IMG/VR virus record: IMGVR_UViG_3300034683_000333 | Source of the DNA: a virus | Strand: one strand, 5' to 3' | Length of the DNA: 64,000 nt | Shown: positions 9,688-22,777 of the stretch, in pieces | Position numbering within the stretch: position 1 is the first letter of the stretch | Layout: each line of letters starts with the position of its first letter | Notes under the pieces: generated by a model | What the model was told of the DNA's origin: nothing | The model's input: only the letters and a program-made list of their open reading frames with translations | Databases searched by the model: none | Position numbers and translations under genes: made by a program

Positions 9688-10094
9688 GGCTCAGCTCCTT
9701 TCTTTTTACTATTTACTGTTAATATCATTTCAATTGGCGAATAAAATTGCTTGATTGTATCAATGGCATCATTAACATCAAACTCTTTACATGTATAAAT
9801 ATCAACACTAATAAATTGCAATTCCGGCTAAGTGTGCACACTACAAGAACATACGACCGTTCCGCTTAATCCGCAATCCGTTTCCGTGGCAATGGATTCA
9901 TAGGCATTGACCACTGGAACTTGAACAATAATCGGGGGGACTAACACACGCATTCCGATCCGCTTGGTCAACTCATTCATAAATTGGTGTAAATGATCGA
10001 TCTTACCGAGAAGAGTAGCATCGACTCCATAGCAGTCCACGCAAAGTCGCTGGCGAAACGGTCCAACACGATTGTAATCGATGCCGTAACTCAT
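9684..10094 (-). CDS. speD: S-adenosylmethionine decarboxylase (class 1B) homolog; recoded (TAG at 9828); atypical self-cleavage site
   Basis: LCVDCYG…GLSGTVVCSCSVHT*PELQFISVDIYTCKEFD matches the AdoMetDC …HTWPE…VDIYTC motif only if TAG is read through; ends at TGA 9684. Confidence 0.8.
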
Positions 10095-10174
10095 TTTAGA
10101 TACTCCTTTCACGTCTCTCATCTAGTATATTTTTTGTGGTTTGTACTATTAGTATATTCTTTAATGACAAATAA

Positions 10175-10181
10175 ACTAATT
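10175..10181 (+). promoter_or_regulatory. ACTAATT candidate late-promoter motif
   Basis: 51 nt upstream of ATG 10233; the same heptamer recurs 30-71 nt upstream of other recoded operons. Confidence 0.65.
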
Positions 10182-10232
10182 AAACAACACGGAAAAAACA
10201 ATACACAAAACATTTTTTTTACCGAGGGCGAC

Positions 10233-13200
10233 ATGCTTGCATATTTTAAGGTTTACTGGGATTTAGAATATACCGGATTTCCATCGAGTTCATACAGTAA
10301 ATTGGAGAAAATTTATATTTACGAACCAATTCCAGATATCAACATGAGTATCCAGGAACTATGCGACTGGTTAAACGAGAAAAAAGAACGAACGAATACA
10401 AAAGTTGTTCTCGATAAGTATTATTATGGAATTCTTCTGGCAAACTTTTATATGTACCCATTTGAACCAGGCTACATTTACGGATTCATTTCGTTCGTAA
10501 ATCCCATCAAAAATGCCACAATTCGTGGGATTTGGACAAAATCATTGAAGATGTTTGATCATAATGTTATCAAAACAGAAATCGACAGTTAGAATAAAGA
10601 CTTTCTCGTTAAATTAGATGATTTTATTGAATATGACCATACAATACTAAGAGATCTTAATTATTCAAAATGGTATATTTTGTCAAAACAATTCAATGCT
10701 GGTGGTTCAGAAGGATATCTTAAACTAAATTATCAATACGATTTTAGCAAACCAGGAGAAAATTGGTATTACAACACAATAGCAACAAATAAATGGAACC
10801 TATTGGAACTGAACGATATTACAATATCAAACATTACTATTGAACCATTGTCAATTTATAAAGGATATCCAATCATCCCAACCAATCTTATCGACAAATC
10901 TACATGGGAAGTGTCGGATGAAACAACACGGGTGGATTTGGTTAGTTCTTCAATTGAAAATCCACAAAACAAAGTATTTTTGGGTATCGATCCACGAAAA
11001 TTATCTGAATTTAATCGTTGGTTGAGAAGTTTTTGGCTGAATAAAATTTATACTCCACCTAGTTACATAATTATTGAAGAACAAGAAACGGCTGAATTTC
11101 AATGGCTATCCGGTGTAAATGGCGTTTTATTGGATCATTTTATTGTAAAAGCAGATTTTACAACAAACGACATTTCCTTTACATCACTTTTATCAGATGA
11201 TGATTATACTCATATTCCTATTGATCTTTTAGCAAGCGATCTCTACGCAACGGATCGAACATATTCAGAACGTCACTTTACATCACCCATTGCTTTGGAT
11301 GAAGAAGCAATGAAGAGATTGCCAACATATTTTTATGATATGGGTGAATAGCAAAATGAAAAAAATCATCACTATCTATGGGAAACCAACCACGTTCTTG
11401 ATAATTGGTTTTCCAAGGAACGATCCATCGAAGACTATACGGATACGGCAGACTGGATGGTAAACCAAAACAATGCCGTATAGTCCCTCGACGTTACCAC
11501 CTTCAATTGGTTTCAAAAGGTCCATAGTCGATTTCGTCCATTCTGGTCTGATTCCTGGGCCGTAGGAGATATTTCGAGTGCTCAACCCCATTTTTAGGTG
11601 TTTTACAACCTGCGATGGATGGACCAAACCTCCCTGGATCTACTCAATTCCATCAACTGGAATCCACGAGACGTACAATGGTGGGTTGAAAACATCCATA
11701 TTCTTCCCCAAATAAAATTTCATCAGCGATGGTTCATGTGGGAAATCGACGGAACCGACATGAACATCGTCAATAAAAACATCCACACATTCGATGATTT
11801 GCATCCCGTTCAAATAATCGACAATTCCAGTATGGTTCTCCGAGATTGGAACATTGTATTCAATGCCAACGATTCGACCCAAAATTACGTTCTTGTAGAA
11901 AAAACCTGGGAATGGAATCATTCGTGGGAGTTTGAAACCACGGATTCCACGTTTGCTTCAAAACCTAAACAAACTCTCCTCTTAAACCTCAATTTTTACG
12001 ACGACAACACCACACACCTTTTCGATGCAACTCACCTAGTTTCCGATGTAACATTCTCATTTGGATTTGGAGATTCTTCAAATCTTGATTCCACATTTTA
12101 TGAAAATCTAATTACGCAAAAACTTTATGAACAGGATAGCTCCGTTTTCTTCGCTTGGCAGTTCCTTTCGTCAATGTACTTAAATTTTGATGAACCGTTT
12201 AGTGTAAACGAAATTTATTCTAACGATAATTCCACATTCATTTTTCCAGTATCCGTTCCACATATGGATCTAACTCAAATAAACTTTCCTGATACAACAA
12301 TGGATCACCCAACGCTTGGGTTGATTCTTTACAATCTACACGGAATTGAGTTTAAAACGGAAGTAGAACAATTTTTGTTGTGTATCAATTTGATGCACCC
12401 GATTACAAGTGGTTATGTATCCAACCAAAATGGAACATAGATAAGTCATAACAAGTAGCCGTGGGTCATACAATTCAACAATCTTGATCGTCCAGTCTAT
12501 AACGGGCGACGATATGACATGCTCTATCAGAAATCCCTGACAACCAACAAGCCAACAAGTCGTGATGTTACATACATAAACTGGGATATGACGGACATCA
12601 ACGATCCACAACCAAAACCAGTTGTTGACTAGACATTTGATAAGTGGCTCATTGTTCCGTATTCTGATGGAAAATATGACGCATTGGCTGTTTATGAAGA
12701 TTATCCAAGTGATGTGACGAACTACTATAGTATGTCATTGTACGAGGCGTCTCAAGGATGGAGATTTTCAATTATTGTTCTTTACTCTACCGAAGATTCT
12801 TCAGTTGCGTTATCAAATAGTGGTTTTGTTGATGATGCATATAAAAAAGTCACGATTTCGAAAATCAACAACCCCAATTAGAAAATCCGATTTGTCGCTC
12901 CCAACATGTAGATCGTGAGAGATCCTGGTAAGCAAGAATATTACGTCGATCCTACAAGAACCATCGGTAAAATAACATTTTTTGAAAACACGCAAATTCT
13001 TTGCGATGATATCCACGATTACTTCAATGAAATTGGAGTATCACCCGTTTTCATAAGCGATGGTACTACATTTGATATACCAACCCCAAATTATGCATTT
13101 GGAAAAAAATTTACTGATTTTACAGGAAAACTTTATAACATCGACCAAACGACACAAGTAATAAAAGAATTATCTGGTAAAAGTATCGCCAATAAGCTTT

Positions 13201-14789
13201 TTAACTAGAGTTCATTGGATTCAACAAGCCTATGGAAGCTTGAAGCGATTACTGCCCCGATGAATAACCTCGCTATTCGAATGTACCACCGTTAGTTCGC
13301 TTGGGCTTCACAATAGGATGCATTTAACTACCCACAACAACATTTGAGACAGGCAAATGCTTTCGTCGGTATGTTAAGTGATTCACACGTTTATCTATCT
13401 TAGTATCCAATGAATAGAAATTACATTGTACGTGGCAATGGAGTTCGTAATCCATTGATTTATCCTAATACAGGAGAAAAAAATCCAAGCGCTTATTATT
13501 ATGACTATGACTATTATTATTCATTACCAATGACATTTGCTTATTATGATAAAATAGAAGATACATTAACAACAAAATCAAATAATACAATGGAATCTTG
13601 GATTTCTTGGATTCTACTCTTATATGGAAAGAGAATAGTTAAATTCAACGAAAAATACACTGATAAAACTAGTTATGTAATATATGAAAATGGTTCTATT
13701 GGTTCACCACTTCAAAAAGTCGATGTAACAACTAACATTCCAATAAAATAGCACGATAGTTCAATATCATATCCAATGATTTTGTCAACAGATAATTTTG
13801 ATACATCAACGACAATTTATCAATCAAAAAATATTATACACGGAGCACCATTTATTGATTTAACGGCTGTACTTTCAAATATAAACTACGGCGAATCGTT
13901 TAGTGCTAACCAATATAATGGATCACTTTTCATTAACGAAAATGTACTCCGATTTGATGCAACATATGAACAATTGCTAACTCCTACAAACATCGTGGGA
14001 TTAAGTAGCGGAAACTACATTTTTGCGGCATTGTGGTCGAATGTTACTTCAACACAAAATGCTCATACACCAAACTACTTTTTACAAATAATGCATCAAA
14101 ACACTATCTCCGGTGCTTATACCCTTTAGGATGTAGCTCATCCAAAGACAGAACTTCTCTCACACGAAAATCCAAGTGTAGACATGCTTGAAAACTCGAA
14201 TACAGGATATTTCAGTAAGTAGTATGCTATGTTTCGTTTGAATGCACAATCATCTGATAGATTGTTAACATCAGAATATTTTGATGATTTAAATTACTGG
14301 GTATATGATATTGGATATTGGGGTAGTGATATAGAGACTTATAATAATAATGAAATTATAGAAAAAGCAACAACTTTGCCACCTGGAAAATGTATGCTAA
14401 TTCAAAAAGATCTACCAAATATTCTTTTTGATGATGAAAATGATCTTGATGTATAGTATTATGGAGTTATCGACTCTTCAGGAAATGTATATTGTGCCAC
14501 AACAAACAATTATGGTGATGCATATTAGGCAAGCACAATTGACTTAAATGAATTTATTGCTCGTGGCGTTCAAGATAATATTGATAGAAATGATCCAAAT
14601 CTTGACTCAGACGATGATTAGAGGATGAAATGGTTCTACAGCATTGTCGATGAAACTGAAGAGTATGTACAGAATTTTATAAATATTGTAAAAAATTAGA
14701 ATATTCCACCAAAAACCGGAAACTTATATATGATTCTTCCTTATTCCGAGTATCTAAGTAAGAAAATGATAAAATATTTGATTGAGTAA
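10233..14789 (+). CDS. Large (1518 aa) putative virion structural protein; recoded (about 20 in-frame TAG)
   Basis: Track ORFs 9993, 10680, 11598, 12684, 12915, 13410, 13776 and 14229 share one frame and are separated only by TAG. GAGG SD + ATG 10233; TAA 14787-14789, then a terminator. The structural role is inferred from size and composition. Confidence 0.85.
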
Positions 14790-14797
14790 ATAGAATG

Positions 14798-14840
14798 TGG
14801 TGGTGGGATGAGAATTAAGCCCACCACCATTTTTTTTTTT
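14798..14840. terminator. Terminator between convergent genes
   Basis: Stem TGGTGGTGGG/CCCACCACCA followed by an 11-T run. Confidence 0.8.
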
Positions 14841-14842
14841 AC

Positions 14843-15931
14843 TTAGATTAGATCTGATTCGTCATTGAATCGATCATAAACAACTGAATCCATGATAACT
14901 TCATTTGTATACTTTAGCGGTTTCAACCAAGGATTTGTTTGTTCAGTAACAACTGATGTAAGTCCACTTAAGTTAGTTTCACTTGAAAAAAGACCATGTT
15001 TTTCCAATAAAATTTTTCCAATCGACCACTGAAAAAGATCTTGATTTCCTTCCAATTGAACAACCAATTCTTTAAAAATATTATACTTATGAGAAGAAAA
15101 AACAACTTGTGAACCAGCATTTCCCCTTTTAAATGCCGTTGGAACATGAAGCATACGGTAGGTGGTTCCAGATCGTGTGATCACGGTTGAATTGTTTGCA
15201 AAAACCACCCAGTCGTGACCAACGAATGCACCCTGAAGAAACGATTGCAAATTACTACTCGATGGTTCAACGGTGAATGCGGTTTCGGAATTCTCAAGAA
15301 GGGATTTAGTAGCTTCAAAATCCCACGAATAGAATCCAACATTCGATACATCGAGATAAAATGTCCACTGCATCCGATCCAAAATTTGATAAGTTTGAAA
15401 GACAGTCCATGGTTCACCCACGGAAATTAAAGTTGCTTCTAGAGACGCCAGAGTGGAATCATCACCCAAGGAAATTGATTGGAGCTTGGTCGTCCTTGTG
15501 CCGTCCCACCCAGCAAGAACCCAATTATCTGTTGTCTATGATAGATGGAGCGGGGTTTTTGATTTGACGAACGAGACCGTCTTGGAAGAATCGGTGCTAT
15601 CCAGAAAAAACCTACATTCGTCGTATTCAGAAATGAGAAACGACAAGATTTGACTGTTGTTTATCTGAAACGATGCAAAGAAAAGATTTTTATCTGTATC
15701 GTTCCACAACTTTAAGAGTTCCATTCGATCAACGATTAATGTTTCTGGGCATTTAAATGATTTGTACGCACCAGAAAGTGCTTCAGCAGTTATATAAAGT
15801 TGATTATTGTTTACCAAAATACAATTACAATATAAATCTCCAAATGGATAAACTTCACACAAGTGTGTTACGTCAGAATAAAAATGTTCATCAATCTATT
15901 GCGTTAAAAAGTTGTGCCAAAGGAATTTCAT
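14843..15931 (-). CDS. Hypothetical (362 aa) putative structural protein; recoded (2 TAG)
   Basis: GGAGG SD + ATG 15931 (MKFLWHNFLTQ*IDEHF…); joins track ORFs 15536 and 14843; TAA stop. Confidence 0.8.
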
Positions 15932-15946
15932 TCGGCATCCTCCATA

Positions 15947-18256
15947 TTATATTGTCGCATCCTTACTTGCTATAATTTCCTGTAATTCACGATTACCAAT
16001 TACAAATCGAAGAGCAATATCTTCCGATGTTAGCTTCTTAAAATGTAACTTCAATTGATCCAAATTTTTTAATAGCCGTTCTAAATACAAATTTTTCTCA
16101 TCTACTGATTTATCAATAACAATGTAAAGAAGTTTCAAAATATCTGCATCCGTAAGGTTTTCACTTGATACGAGTTCAAAACCAAGACCATATTCATATA
16201 ACAAGTTTACTGGTATGCTAACCGTTTTTCCGCCATGAAAATCAAATCGAATCAACCGTTGTGTTAATTGATTATCCATCTGATGAAGCTTAAATTCGAG
16301 TTTCCATTGGTTCCTCGTATCGTCCCGATGAATCATGATTTTTGATAACTCTAGAACATCTCCATCCATTGCCGTTTTAAGAAAAAGAAGACCGTCATAA
16401 TCCACATAGAATGTGTTGGGTTGATCGGCATGAATCGGGACAATCTGAAAATTGGTTTTATCAGCAATGATATTCAATTGTCTGTTCCCATTTTGATTTC
16501 TTAATGCGAAAAGGTAAGAAGGAACTTTATTTTTCCACGAAATCTTTGCAAGTGAAGTATTGTCCAACGGGGTTGACACAAAACCCGTGTCTTCCTAGAG
16601 GCCGTAACATTGCTCACTGGAATCCAAGACCATTTTGGGCTGGGCACGTGACAAAAGACTTTGATCTTCAATCTCCGAAAGATTTTGTCCCGATGACCAT
16701 GTTTCCATCGTTACCTGAGCGCTCTTAATAGAATCAACAAAAACGGGATGAAATACGTAAGATTGTATATCAATAAATCCAAGTTCTTTCCATATGTCCA
16801 TAATATACGTAATGGCAGATGAATCTCTCTAGCTTGTTGTCTACTGAGAGTTTGTGTAATGATAAGGTACTGTATTTAATGCAATTAAAGTCTCGAAGCT
16901 ATAATAAGATTTATAGTTCTAAATGGTACCATCAGTGCTTGTATAATCAGTTTCATTTAAAATATTTTCAAGTGATTTTGTAATATAAGCCGATGTAACA
17001 AGTAATTTAATACTTTCTTCATCGTTTGTTGGATAAAGTGTATCTGGTAAAAGGAGCGACACTGGTTTTTGGCTTCTAATAAAATCCAAAGATAATTCAA
17101 CATTTAACATATCATCAAGTTGACCGGGTGTTGCATCTGGAAAAATGGAATATAACATGTTTGAGATATCCATCATGTCGAATGTGTAATACAAAATAGT
17201 GTCTTTCTAATATGAAATTCCAACTTTATCCCCATCACGTGTAAAATTCATAACCTATCTCGGACTTATGGTATGCTAAGTATATGGAAAATCACTCCGT
17301 TTTACAAAGCAACATTCATAATCTTTAGATGATAATGCCCTACTATTGCTCATCTTACAAATTGGAAATAACCACGAAAGAGCATTGGATGTAATGTCAT
17401 AAACGTCCTTAAAGTATGTATCAACAACTGTTGTAAATTTAAAATAATCATCAAAATCGTAATTATATAAATATTCAATTGCTAAGTTGGTGTGGTAGTC
17501 CAATTTCTCAGTACCGTCAACAGCAAACCAGCTAACAACTTTCATTTTATCTGAATCTGGTTCAAGATAACAATCAAAAAGAGATTGACCTAGATATTTC
17601 ATATCACCAAAATACAAGCTGTAAATTGGGTAAAGAGCTAAGTTTGGTTTCCAATCATCCTGCTTTCCAATTGCGCCTAGAAAAACGACAATATGATCAT
17701 TTACGGTACCGGTGTTTTTAATTGCATATAACAATTCATGAGGAAGCGCTTCCTTAACTTCTAAAACTTCATGTGTTTCAATGTTAAGCTTTACAGCAAT
17801 TGGCTTAAGTGAGTCAAATATGTATTTAGGTATCACACTTCCTTTACTTGCTTTATGAATGAGCTTTTTATCTATAATTAACTAATTATAATACAACTAG
17901 TAAGTGTCTTCAGTCACATATTTAAGCATCTATTTTGATTTATCATTAAACAATGAAATCGTCTATGCTGGCTCTTGTTCATAATTCAATAAAAGTTTAG
18001 CATACCAGTCTAAATAGACGGCACCAGGAGAACAAAAAACGTCAGTTAGCTTGTTGACAAACACACCATTGGAATATAAAATGAAGTCGTCGTTTTCAAA
18101 GAGTTTAAGCGTTTTTGTGAAGTCCCACACATCAACATTATCCATGACTGGGGTAGATTCATAAAATTCATTCCATTTAGATAATGACGTGGGAAGTTCG
18201 AAGTTTATATAGGACTATTTCGGTAAAAGCGTTCTAAAATAAAACGGAGAAAGCAT
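15947..18256 (-). CDS. Hypothetical (769 aa) putative structural protein; recoded (about 12 TAG)
   Basis: AAGGAG SD + ATG 18256; joins track ORFs 17963, 17276, 16919, 16595 and 15947; TAA stop; ACTAATT at 18291-18297. Confidence 0.85.
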
Positions 18257-18322
18257 TATAGTTGTTCTCCTTATCTCAAAAGTTTTGATAAATTAGTGAC
18301 CTTTAGGAGGATTGATACCAGA

Positions 18323-18412
18323 ATGTGGTTTTTTGTTTTGGGTGTTCTGAGTGGATTGGTTATTGGACATTTAATGGTAATTAAAATAAGCATAGAGGAA
18401 AATAAAAAATGA
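18323..18412 (+). CDS. 29-aa single-TM peptide
   Basis: AGGAGG SD; MWFFVLGVLSGLVIGHLMVIKISIEENKK*; below the track cutoff. Confidence 0.6.
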   Translation: MWFFVLGVLSGLVIGHLMVIKISIEENKK

Positions 18413-18540
18413 TATATGTTTTTACTCTTTTATACATAATAGGATATGTGATTGGATTGTTTATTGCTTGGTATTTTGATCGTGATCTTTTATTGTATAA
18501 GCACGAAAGAAAAATAGGTAAAAGTAGGATTTATGTGTAA
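18409..18540 (+). CDS. 43-aa single-TM peptide
   Basis: ATGA overlap with the previous gene; MIYVFTLLYIIGYVIGLFIAWYFDRDLLLYKHERKIGKSRIYV*; followed by a terminator. Confidence 0.6.
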   Translation: MIYVFTLLYIIGYVIGLFIAWYFDRDLLLYKHERKIGKSRIYV

Positions 18541-18571
18541 AAAAAAAAGTGGGGGACCATGATCCCCCACT
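18541..18571. terminator. Terminator between convergent genes
   Basis: A-tract, then stem AGTGGGGGA/TCCCCCACT. Confidence 0.75.
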
Positions 18572-18580
18572 CAACAAAAA

Positions 18581-20866
18581 TTAGACCAACGTAAATTTAA
18601 AAAACCTTCTCTATTGTCCGTAATGTTCTCTTATGTTACCATAACTAACTATATACCAGTCTGTTGTGAAATTAAGGGTACCTGCGTATGGTCTTAAATC
18701 AATTAGAAAGGGTCTTGATACATTGTTAAAATCGATATGTTGCCAACCACCGTCATTCCACCAAATTTCAAGATTTAGAGTGCTAACGGGATAAAAGAAT
18801 AACATCAGAAAATCGAACGCCTCTCCTGGATTGAAATAAGAAACAAGTGCACCTTTTCCGGGGTTCTGCAAATTACCATAGGTAATATCTTTGATATTCC
18901 ACCGTGAATTACTTACAGTTTCGATGATTGTTGTATCACTACACGCATATACAGTTCCATATTCCAATAGTTTAATTTCATCAGCAAAATTTGGTAGAAC
19001 CTGTCGTATCTACGGAGTTGCATTAGTATACATATCCATATAAGTCTAATCAACTAATGGAAAACCATCAAAACCATTATAGTAACCGCCTGTAAACTTA
19101 GTATACGTACCACCGAACACAACAAACTTTTTGTCGTCTACCTGAACAACACGCTGTCCATAAGCGGGACGAAAGTCAAATTGATACTGTGAAAGTTTAT
19201 TATTCATGACATCTAATCTGCTAATGGTATTAGAAAGTATCGACTTCGTGAAAAAATCATTATAAGATGGTTGAATCCCTTCTTTAACTTGTGCAACGGC
19301 TTTCCAAGCGGTCCAACCATCAAACGTACCGTCGGCGGAATTGTAACAACGTGGAATAATGGCGTAAGCAGGATCAATACAAATTGCTATCCTTGACATT
19401 GGACTATACCAAGGATCGCCATTTTCGTAATTCGCTATATCAACGACTGTTTGATCACTCCATTCATACTCCTTAATCGTCCAAGCCAATTCACCACTAC
19501 TAACCTGATCCGTGAAGTAAATGATATACACATCAGAAGAGGATATTGAGTTAGTCTCCGTTGCCAGAAAAGAGCGACCACCAAAATTATTATAATTATA
19601 TAAAGTTCCATCCTATGTCATAACTGACATGCCAGTATATGTCGAATAACCATAGGCATATGCTGTTTTTCCTTCATCATAATAAGTTCCAGATGAATTA
19701 TAGTTGCAAAATGGACCACCACCAAAATAAACATACCCAGCACCATTTTCTACATTAAAATCATGTGTATAACATTTAGAGACTAAGGCCCCATATTTAC
19801 CGGTTGTATAATCTGTCATGCTAGATACTACAGTACGATCTGTTGATTCATTCAACGTTAACTGAAGCTGGTGGTGCATGATGGAAGTTCCGTCGGCAGG
19901 ATTCAAACCACCATTTATATAAATTTTAATATCGGCGGTTTTATATAGTGATAATATTGGCCCAATGGATGGGTATGGATTAGTCCAATCAGTAGAATTA
20001 TCACTGTTCTTGACAATTGTGTAACTAGAAGTATCAAGAGAATATGCATATAAAAATTGATTTACTGTATTATCATCTTGATACCAGCCACCAGCCATAT
20101 ATAAACTATTGTTATATGGTACCTAAATGATATCATGCTTTGCAAGTGGAATACCAGTGTTAATTATTGTATAAGAACTTGGATTATTTTTTACATCTGG
20201 AAAAACAATTAGTTCATCACTTATATTTCCACTGGCGTCATATCCACCATGTACATACATTCTCGTTCCATCATAACATGCGGCGTGCCACTTGTTAATC
20301 ACAACATCCATCGGGGCGGAATAACAACCATAACATTTTGTATCAAAATAAATATTACCATCCTAATCTTCCTGTTTTATCGTCTTGAAGGTCATAAGTG
20401 TTGCATTTGGACTATCCGAGTGTTCAACGTAAACAGAACTAGTTACAGGATTCTTATAGTCATCGGTATCAGTATAATGATACATCTCATCTTCTTGAAC
20501 AGTTAGATTCTGTACTTTAGGACTTACATCGAAAACCCACACATCAGTTGAATCCAAGCTTACACACAAAATCCACGTTCGATTATTTGGGATAAATTTA
20601 GTGGAACTATATATATATCCACCAGTAACAATAAATGATTTGACTTTATGGTTTAAGTAGGTTTGTGTTCCTCCAATTTCGTGTACATGTTGCATACATA
20701 TATTATCCACACCAAAAAGAGTTGAAAAATCAAACAAAACGACTTCGTTGGTATTTGAATTAAACACATAAAGGTTTGTATTTACCTAACTTGGGTCTGT
20801 TGAATGTAGTCCAACGTCTTTTCCATAAGTTGTGTCAACCTTAAGCTAAGCTCTATCGTATGCCAT
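18581..20866 (-). CDS. Kelch-like beta-propeller protein (761 aa); recoded (8 TAG)
   Basis: GGAG SD + ATG 20866; joins track ORFs 20363, 20123, 19613, 19046 and 18611. Repeated hhhGG motifs (IVTGGY, YVHGGY, YMAGGW, YINGGL, YFGGGP, VVFGGT); TAA 18581. Confidence 0.8.
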
Positions 20867-20920
20867 TCTTTATTCTCCTAATTTAAGAAGTTTTATTTCA
20901 GTTTGTAATTAATAACCATA

Positions 20921-21532
20921 TCATAAACTCGAAACCATGGCTTTCCAGGCTCCCAAACCATCCTCTTTTACCCACACACCCTTGGTGGCATCAAAAATCC
21001 AAAGATCGCTAAACTGAATTTCATTTCCATTATCATCAAGACCCCACCCACCAAAAATTCCAAACCCACTGGGCGTTGGAAACCCACGTGCAAATACTCT
21101 AGGTTCCGGTTGTTCGCCACCAGCAATTTCAACAGTACTGTCATACTAAGACACACTAGATTCTTCATAATCTCCCCAATAATAAGTTCCACTAACGCTC
21201 TAGTAAATGATACGATTTGAAAGCCCTCCATTATCGACATCGAATCCCCCAAAGGCATAACCTTCAAATAAATATGATTGATAACTTAAATTCGTGCCCC
21301 ATATTGTATTGTTTCTTTTTACAACAATCGTTGTATGTAATAAATCACAAATATTTTTTGACGAGGGATTTCTGACTACACATTTTGTAAAGAATGATGG
21401 TGTGTTTTCTATATTTGGACCAACAATATTCTTTGAAAGTGTATCAAAATATATATACAAATTTTTTGAAAATAGTTTTGGATATGCAGGTACCAGGAAT
21501 GCACCCTTTTGAACTGGGATAATAATTGGCAT
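20921..21532 (-). CDS. Kelch-like protein (203 aa); recoded (2 TAG)
   Basis: GGAGG SD; after TAG 21200 it reads PEPRVFARG…GIFGGWG…FSDLWIFDATKGVW, a textbook Kelch blade; TGA 20921. Confidence 0.75.
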
Positions 21533-21553
21533 AATGTTCCTCCAAGTATTTTA

Positions 21554-22759
21554 TTAAATTATTTGTTCGTCTTTAGAAGACATCTCAACAAATGAAACTA
21601 CCTTAATACCTTCAGATGTGAAAATGCTTAGTGGTAAACCAAAATCAACAAATATATAGCGACTCTCAGCCTCACTTTCCTCGACTGGTTGTACATTATT
21701 ACTAACAATAGTTAGAATACTATTTAGTGTTGGAAAATAAAGTCCTGGTAAATAATTATAAATTGTAAAATCAACTTTTGTGCTAAATGTTCCAACAAAA
21801 CCGTTTGTAAGATCATCACATTCAACACGAAAATGATAATCAACATCCTCTTTCATAGTAAAGGGATGTGCATATTGTCCAGTTGTAGAGTGGGTGTTTG
21901 AAAATAACGTCGTTCCATCAGAATCCACAAGTGAAACATTCAACTCGTGACTTGTTGTAACATCATAAGTAAGGACTTTATTAACAAAAAGGTGTGGTTC
22001 CTGTGAAGATAGGGTGTATTCCAGGACAACCGCACCGGATGGTGTATTGTCTGTATCAAAATTATAGGAAAGATCATAATGTTGCGTATCGGTTAGTTGA
22101 AATTGTGGATGATGAATGAAAAATAACGAAGAATCTTGGTATTGCTAAGATGTAATATCTGGTAATTTAAAAGAGTCAATAGAATAAGTACTATAAATGG
22201 TAGTGTTGTCACTTGTGTTTCGCTAAAATATAAGTAGCAGGTCATTTTCAAGATTAGAATTAATCGTTGATTCTGTATTGTCTCTAATATAAAACTTTCG
22301 TACTAAGTTAGAAGTTGTAGAATAATCGTAAGCAATTATATTGTAAAAGTTATCATATGTGGAATCAACTTTACCTGTTTTTATTGAATCATTATCCTCA
22401 TCACCACTGACTAACAAAACGAAAATTTGAGAAGAGTCTGTCCACGAAGCAACATTTTCGTGTTCTTGTAGTTCAAAGATTTCCTATTCGTCGAAATTAT
22501 AGAGATTTATGAGATTTGTGACATCCAACACACTCAATTTTTCAATGATAGCTTCGACATAAGTGACATCGGAAACGTTTCCGTGACCCGAAATGTTGTT
22601 TAGAACCCAAATCATAACTTGATCATTAATGTAATTATCTACTCTGATTTCATGTGTATCATCACTTTTAGTTACAAAACCAAAATCTTTCAGCGATGGT
22701 GTATAAGATTTGTATCCACGTGTAAGTGCTACATTTGTTATATCGAGTTTTACAGCCAT
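21554..22759 (-). CDS. Hypothetical (401 aa) putative structural protein; recoded (3 TAG)
   Basis: AAGGA SD + ATG 22759; joins track ORFs 22484, 22223 and 21554; TAA stop. Confidence 0.8.
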
Positions 22760-22777
22760 AGAGACATCCTTTTATTT

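Noticed and set aside
20968-21267. Track ORF MKVMPLGDS… (resembles a GDSL esterase start)
   Set aside because: It overlaps, in another frame, the read-through part of the Kelch-like gene 20921..21532, which has the SD and the convincing motifs.
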